Shown: positions 59,279 to 64,000 of the stretch, in pieces | How the letters are laid out: the number at the start of each line of letters is the position of its first letter | Numbering within the stretch: the stretch's first letter is position 1 | DNA from: Candidatus Omnitrophota bacterium | GTDB taxonomy: Bacteria > Omnitrophota > Gorgyraeia > Duberdicusellales > 4484-171 | Reading direction: 5' to 3' | NCBI GenBank assembly: GCA_021735655.1 | Contig: JAIPGM010000005.1 | Location: 1 to 64,000, forward strand | Length of the DNA stretch: 64,000 nucleotides | Translations under genes and position numbers: made by a program | Notes under the pieces: model-generated | Databases searched by the model: none | Seen by the model: the letters and a program-made list of their open reading frames with translations, nothing else | What the model was told of the DNA's origin: nothing

Positions 59279-59338
59279 TATCTCTACCTGTTTATCTGCA
59301 AGTATCGATCACGACTGTTGTTTTGATTAAGCTACGGT

Positions 59339-60931
59339 TTACTTGAAACGTTTTTTCTTCTTTGTGTTTTTAGCTCTTTCGACTAGCGGTTTTTTACCTG
59401 ATTTTGTTTTTTTAAAAGCATCGAGGATTTTTTCGGCTTCCTTAAAGGATACCGTAATAAATGAAAACTTATCAAAAACACTGACATCATTTATTTTTCT
59501 CTGGTCGATTCGCGAAACCTGCTGAATCAGTTCAACTATTTTGCGGGCAGTCATTTTATCAATCTTACCCTTAGCTACAAAAAGTCGAGTTGTTCCCTTT
59601 TTGTCAACATAGGGTTCTCGAATCATCGAATATTTAGCTTCATCCAGCTCTTCGCCAAAGGAATACTCAATTAAAGCTGAGATTACACTTTCCGGATCAT
59701 TTTCAGCTAAGATATCTTTAGCAAAAGATTTATGCTTTTGTGCATTCTCGGTATCAATTAAATCATCAAGACTTTTTTTAATCCGTACCTTCTTTGAGCT
59801 AATAACTTCTTCAACCCCAGGAATCTCTTTCCGACGAATATCAGTCTTAGTAAGTCTTTTGATAAATGTTAACTTTCGGTATTCATCAGAGGTAACAAAT
59901 GTGATCGCCGTACCAGTTCTGCCAGCTCTACCGGTTCTACCGATTCGATGCACATAGCTATGTGGGTCTTGAGGAAGTGCAAAATTTATAACGTGAGTTA
60001 AATCATTCACATCGATTCCTCTGGCGGCAACATCGGTAGCGACCAAAATAGTAGAACGCTTTTGCTTGAACTTATCAAGAATTCGTTCACGTTGGTTTTG
60101 AGAAATATCTCCATGAAGGCCATCTGAATCGTAACCACGGAAGCTAAGTTTTCGTGCTAATTCATCAACATCAATTTTAGTTCTACAAAAGATTAAACCA
60201 TAAAATTCATTTTCGCTATCAATAATTCTACATAATGCCTCAAATTTGTCGGCTCGATTCACTTCGAAATATATCTGATCAGTTAAACTTACCGTTAATT
60301 GATCTTGAGAAGCTCTAACCAGTTTATAACTTTTCATGTATTTCTTAGCAAGTTCGAGTATCGGCCTTGGCATGGTGGCCGAAAAAAGTAAAACCCGTTT
60401 TTCTTTACTCGCATAAGAAAGTATCTCCTCAACATCATCAATGAAACCCATATTAAGCATTTCATCAGCTTCATCGAGAATAAAATAGTTCACCTCGGAG
60501 AGATCTAAGGTTTTTCTTAATAAATGGTCTTTTACCCTTCCCGGGGTGCCAACTACAATGTCTACACCTTTGCGCAATCTGCGTAATTGCTGGTCTATAG
60601 ACTGACCGCCGTAAATTGCGGCAATATCTAGACTCTTATTGCCTCTTAAAGAATTTATTTCTTCAGCAACTTGCACTGCTAGCTCTCTAGTCGGGGTTAA
60701 GATGATAGCTTGGGGGGATCTTGTTCTATTGGTAATTTTTTCAATTAAAGGCAGGCCAAAAGCAGCAGTTTTACCGGTTCCGGTTTGGGCTTGGCCAACA
60801 ATATCGCAGCTATCCTTTAAAAACAAAGGAATAATTTCCTTTTGTATTTGGGTTGGTTCTTCAAAGCCTTTTCTTTTTAAGGCTGCTAAAGTGCTATCGG
60901 CTAAACCTAATTCTTTAAATTTCTCTAACAT
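59339..60931 (-). CDS. DEAD-box ATP-dependent RNA helicase (DeaD/CshA-like with C-terminal extension).
   Basis: Q-motif, AQTGTGKT, DEAD, SAT and HRIGRTGR motifs; 530 aa. Confidence 0.92.
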   Translation of the reverse strand: MLEKFKELGLADSTLAALKRKGFEEPTQIQKEIIPLFLKDSCDIVGQAQTGTGKTAAFGLPLIEKITNRTRSPQAIILTPTRELAVQVAEEINSLRGNKSLDIAAIYGGQSIDQQLRRLRKGVDIVVGTPGRVKDHLLRKTLDLSEVNYFILDEADEMLNMGFIDDVEEILSYASKEKRVLLFSATMPRPILELAKKYMKSYKLVRASQDQLTVSLTDQIYFEVNRADKFEALCRIIDSENEFYGLIFCRTKIDVDELARKLSFRGYDSDGLHGDISQNQRERILDKFKQKRSTILVATDVAARGIDVNDLTHVINFALPQDPHSYVHRIGRTGRAGRTGTAITFVTSDEYRKLTFIKRLTKTDIRRKEIPGVEEVISSKKVRIKKSLDDLIDTENAQKHKSFAKDILAENDPESVISALIEYSFGEELDEAKYSMIREPYVDKKGTTRLFVAKGKIDKMTARKIVELIQQVSRIDQRKINDVSVFDKFSFITVSFKEAEKILDAFKKTKSGKKPLVERAKNTKKKKRFK

Positions 60932-61209
60932 GGCGGTTATTATAGCAGATTATCCAATATTATAAAGGGTTTGTTTTAGGCGACGATATTGACTTGGGGA
61001 ACGTAAATTGCTCCTACAAGCCCAATTCAAACTAGATTCCAATCAACCTTTTTATAAACATACTCAAAAACTACCCTGCGACAGGCTAATAGGAAAAAAC
61101 AGAATTAAAAAAATAGCTTTTATTTTACAATTCTTGTCAACTTTTTTAACCTACCCTACGTCTTATATATGTAAAGATTGAAATATCAAGCCTAAAAAAG
61201 GAGGTAGCC

Positions 61210-61599
61210 ATGAAAAACCTAGTTGTTCTGATTCTCATTACTATGATGTCCCTAACCGGTACGGTTAAAGTTTTTGCTAGCGACTGGGATGTTGCTGGTA
61301 AAGTACTAACCGGTATTGCCGGATTAAGAGTTATTACCGGCGGCAAAGTAGATTTAATTGGTGGTATAACTGGTATAAACAAAAACCGCTATGTTTCCAG
61401 TAAAAAATATCGTAATCAAAGTAAAAACCATGAATACTGTCAACAAGAATGGGTTCCCTACTACAGTTGGGAACGAGAATGGATTCCGACCCATAGTGAA
61501 TACAGCAAGAAAAAAGGTGAGATTATTGTCGAAGGCCACTACATTAAATATAAAGTCACCAACAATGGTCATTGGCAAACAAATCACAGATGCAGATAG
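61210..61599 (+). CDS. Small secreted hypothetical protein.
   Basis: Strong RBS aaaggaggtagccATG. Signal peptide MKNLVVLILITMMSLTGTVKVFA. Gly-rich segment, then Trp/Cys-containing C-terminal half. This is the only plus-strand gene in the last 60 kb. Confidence 0.55.
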   Translation: MKNLVVLILITMMSLTGTVKVFASDWDVAGKVLTGIAGLRVITGGKVDLIGGITGINKNRYVSSKKYRNQSKNHEYCQQEWVPYYSWEREWIPTHSEYSKKKGEIIVEGHYIKYKVTNNGHWQTNHRCR

Positions 61600-61648
61600 A
61601 TCCCTTTTCAACTAAACCAATAAGTCTGATTTAACATCTAGGTAAGAC

Positions 61649-62884
61649 TCATAAGCTATTACCACAAACCCAGCCGGTAGAAAATGCTGCTTGCATATTA
61701 TATCCACCGGTTCCAGCGTCAATATCAATCATCTCGCCGGCAAAATAAAGTCCGGAGATGAGTTTTGACTCCATTGTCTTAGGATTAATTTCTTTTGTGT
61801 TAACGCCGCCCCTGGTAACAACGCCATCTTTAAGTGGCATCACTCCGGTTACAGTTAACCGTAAATCAGATAACCCCTTGACCATCCTCTTTCTCTCCTC
61901 AGCTGTAATTTGACTTGCTGTTTTGCCTGCATCAAGGCAACAATATTGGAAAAATCCATCTATTACCTTATTTGGCAAAAGGTTTTTGAATATATTTTTT
62001 ATAGTCTTTTTGGGGCTAGTGCTGAACTCACTCAAAAACATTGCATCTAACTTTTTATTATCCAGGGTCGGTTTAAAATTAATTCCTAGAGTTACTTTAT
62101 CTGCGGACCTTAAAGCATCATAGATATCGGCGCTAAGATCAAGAACAATTGGACCGGATATCCCAAAATGAGTAAAAAGCATCTCACCAAAACGATGGCT
62201 CATCTCTTTTTTGCCCGAAAAAAGGGTCAAGCGTACATTTTTAAATGCTATCCCCTGCCAAGCTCTGATAAATTTTTCTTTAATCCTCACCGGGACTAAG
62301 GCCGGCTTTAAAACTATGATTTCATGACCAAGCTCCTCTGCCATTCTATATCCATCGCCACTTGAGCCGGTCAAAGGATAGGAAAGACCCCCGGTTGCAA
62401 TCACCACTTTCCTGGCACTAAAAGAGTTATTAGAATTAGTTAAAACTCCCCTAACTGATCCATCTCTAAGCAAAACTTTTTTTACCCGCTGATTAAAAAT
62501 AATTTTAATATTTCTATTTTTTAACCTTGTTTTTAAAGCGCCTAGAACATCTCCGGCTTGATCAGTTTTGGGAAATATTCTTCCGTCATTCTCCACCTTA
62601 AGTTTAAGATTGGAATTTTCAAAAAATGATACTAGTTCAGTGTTAAAGAATTTTGCAAAAGCATTTCTTAAAAAGTTACCGGAAGCAGAAAACTTATCTA
62701 AAAATTCTCTAATCTCACAGGAATTAGTCAGATTGCACCTACTATTTCCTGAAATAAGCAGTTTCTTGCCTGGAGAACTATTTCGTTCAATCAATAAAAC
62801 TTTTCTTTTTCTTTGGGCCGCGCCGATTGCTGCCATCATCCCCGAAGGACCGGCCCCGACTATAATTACATCAAATTCTTCCAT
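61649..62884 (-). CDS. HI0933/BaiN-like NAD(P)/FAD-dependent flavoprotein.
   Basis: VIIVGAGPSGMMAA dinucleotide motif; 411 aa, typical for this family. Confidence 0.8.
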   Translation of the reverse strand: MEEFDVIIVGAGPSGMMAAIGAAQRKRKVLLIERNSSPGKKLLISGNSRCNLTNSCEIREFLDKFSASGNFLRNAFAKFFNTELVSFFENSNLKLKVENDGRIFPKTDQAGDVLGALKTRLKNRNIKIIFNQRVKKVLLRDGSVRGVLTNSNNSFSARKVVIATGGLSYPLTGSSGDGYRMAEELGHEIIVLKPALVPVRIKEKFIRAWQGIAFKNVRLTLFSGKKEMSHRFGEMLFTHFGISGPIVLDLSADIYDALRSADKVTLGINFKPTLDNKKLDAMFLSEFSTSPKKTIKNIFKNLLPNKVIDGFFQYCCLDAGKTASQITAEERKRMVKGLSDLRLTVTGVMPLKDGVVTRGGVNTKEINPKTMESKLISGLYFAGEMIDIDAGTGGYNMQAAFSTGWVCGNSL

Positions 62885-63017
62885 AAAAAATACTCCGAGG
62901 CATTATACTTTCTTAAACACCTCTAGTCAAAAGCAAAACGGTCTGACCCATAAGCCCAGCGCTCGACTGAAGCACTTCATAAAACCACTTATTACTATTT
63001 TAAAAAAAATCGTAAAT

Positions 63018-64000
63018 TTAGGTAAGCATTGCCAGCAGTTGGGAGAGCTTTATCGTAGCTACACCGATCACCGAATCAGCTCCTCCATAATAATTATAAA
63101 TAGTGTTGCCACGACAAATATGGCCGCAAGGAAAAACAACATTGGGAATTTGACCTTCTTTTTCGTATTTTTTTTCCGGGTTAAATATTGCTTCGCTGGT
63201 ACGCGAAAGAACAACCAGAGGGTTTTTAAGATCAAGTAAAGCCGCCCCTAAACTATAATGACAATCTTCAGAAACTCCGTGATAAAATAAAATCCATCCA
63301 GCCTTGGTTTTTATCGGTGGCCCGGCTAAGCCAATTTTTTTACTGTCCCACATTCCATAACGCGGACCCATGAGCCAAAGACCTTTAGCAACCTCCTGTG
63401 GTGCTTTTTCCAAAGAATTCACAAAATCCACACAGATCTGACTATTGATCCGATGAACTATCAAGTATTGACCATTAATCTTTTCAGGAAAAATGCAGGC
63501 ATCTTTATCATCAATCCCCAAAGGAGTAATCAAAACTGGTTTCGTCCAATTCCATTTATGGTTGAGAAAATCTTTCACGCTGATCGAAGAAAGCCCTACC
63601 CGCGGTGGCTCAACTCCGTTATAGGCGGTATAGCACATATATAAAGTATTACCTATTCTAACAATTCGCGGATCTTCACAGCCAGAGTTACCATTAGGAA
63701 CTTTCTTTATCTCACAATCTAAACGCGGCAGGTAAATCGGTTCAGACAACCTCTGAGTAATTGTTAAACCATCCGAACTCATCGCATAACCCAAGGTTGA
63801 AGTATTATCTTCAGACATTGCCCGGTAAACAATATGAATTTTACCATCAAGCTCAATTGCTGCCGGGTTAAAAGTTGCCTTGCTTTCCCAAGGATGTCCG
63901 CTAATCGGAGCAATTATCGGATTCTTCTTATGCCGAACAACGTAGCCAGATTTTGACTTCGGATGAATACTATTAATTAAATCTTTCAGCCTGACCTTAG
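63018..64000 (-). CDS. GH130-family (DUF377) glycoside hydrolase/phosphorylase, 5' end truncated by the window edge.
   Basis: The ORF continues in frame beyond 63818 to the window end (…GHPWESKATFNPAAIELDGKIHIVYRAMSEDNTSTLGYA…). Beta-propeller GH130-like motifs. The N-terminus is not in the window. Confidence 0.75.
   Translation of the reverse strand, partial: KVRLKDLINSIHPKSKSGYVVRHKKNPIIAPISGHPWESKATFNPAAIELDGKIHIVYRAMSEDNTSTLGYAMSSDGLTITQRLSEPIYLPRLDCEIKKVPNGNSGCEDPRIVRIGNTLYMCYTAYNGVEPPRVGLSSISVKDFLNHKWNWTKPVLITPLGIDDKDACIFPEKINGQYLIVHRINSQICVDFVNSLEKAPQEVAKGLWLMGPRYGMWDSKKIGLAGPPIKTKAGWILFYHGVSEDCHYSLGAALLDLKNPLVVLSRTSEAIFNPEKKYEKEGQIPNVVFPCGHICRGNTIYNYYGGADSVIGVATIKLSQLLAMLT

Noticed and set aside
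60932-61209. Possible promoter (TTGTCA ... TATATA) in the gap upstream of the small secreted protein.
   Set aside because: The spacer length is non-canonical (~24 nt). It cannot be distinguished from random AT-rich sequence.
62568-63239. 223-aa plus-strand ORF spanning the end of the flavoprotein gene and the start of the GH130 gene.
   Set aside because: It overlaps two convincing minus-strand genes. The protein is low-complexity with no recognisable domain.

Overview
This 64 kb window is low-GC (visually about 35-40 %) and gene-dense, with almost everything on the minus strand. No rRNA or tRNA genes, CRISPR arrays, transposases or integrases were recognisable.

**Positions 1-30.4 kb.** A co-linear nitrogen-assimilation / glutamine-amidotransferase supercluster:
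- sigma-like gene
- OMP-amt-amt-glnB(PII)-glnA-GATase1
- Fis-HTH-gltB-gltD-[KaiC-like/PPDK_N protein]-carA-carB-purF-pyrG-LhgO-like oxidase
- gdhA with an NfnAB-like pair
- a GAF-ANTAR regulator
- a second glutamine synthetase on the plus strand with an N-terminal excisionase/MerR-type HTH extension

Several genes in this cluster are preceded by intrinsic-terminator-like hairpins sitting directly on their RBS. Together with the GAF-ANTAR protein, this suggests an antitermination-controlled nitrogen regulon. This is the most likely candidate for an undescribed system.

**Positions 30.4-45 kb.** A type IV pilus / T2SS-like cluster (PilB, PilC, major pilin, three minor pseudopilins, PilM-PilN fusion, PilO, PilP-like; no secretin, PilT or PilD in the window). 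Upstream is a phosphorelay: a 1175-aa dCache-HAMP-PAS-HK-degenerate-GGDEF kinase, three single-domain REC proteins and a GAF-HK.

**Positions 45-64 kb.**
- an HK with a PF04392-like periplasmic binding protein and an OMP
- serA-serC, rex (with a candidate Rex operator)
- a beta-CASP RNase, cyclophilin, thiolase, a standalone Pta-N-terminal/DRTGG protein, IDH-family dehydrogenase
- asnB (with a Cys-rich insertion), a DEAD-box helicase, a small secreted protein, an HI0933-like flavoprotein
- a GH130 gene truncated at the window edge

OMP genes and T4P point to a diderm anaerobe, possibly from a candidate phylum; this taxonomic guess is low confidence.
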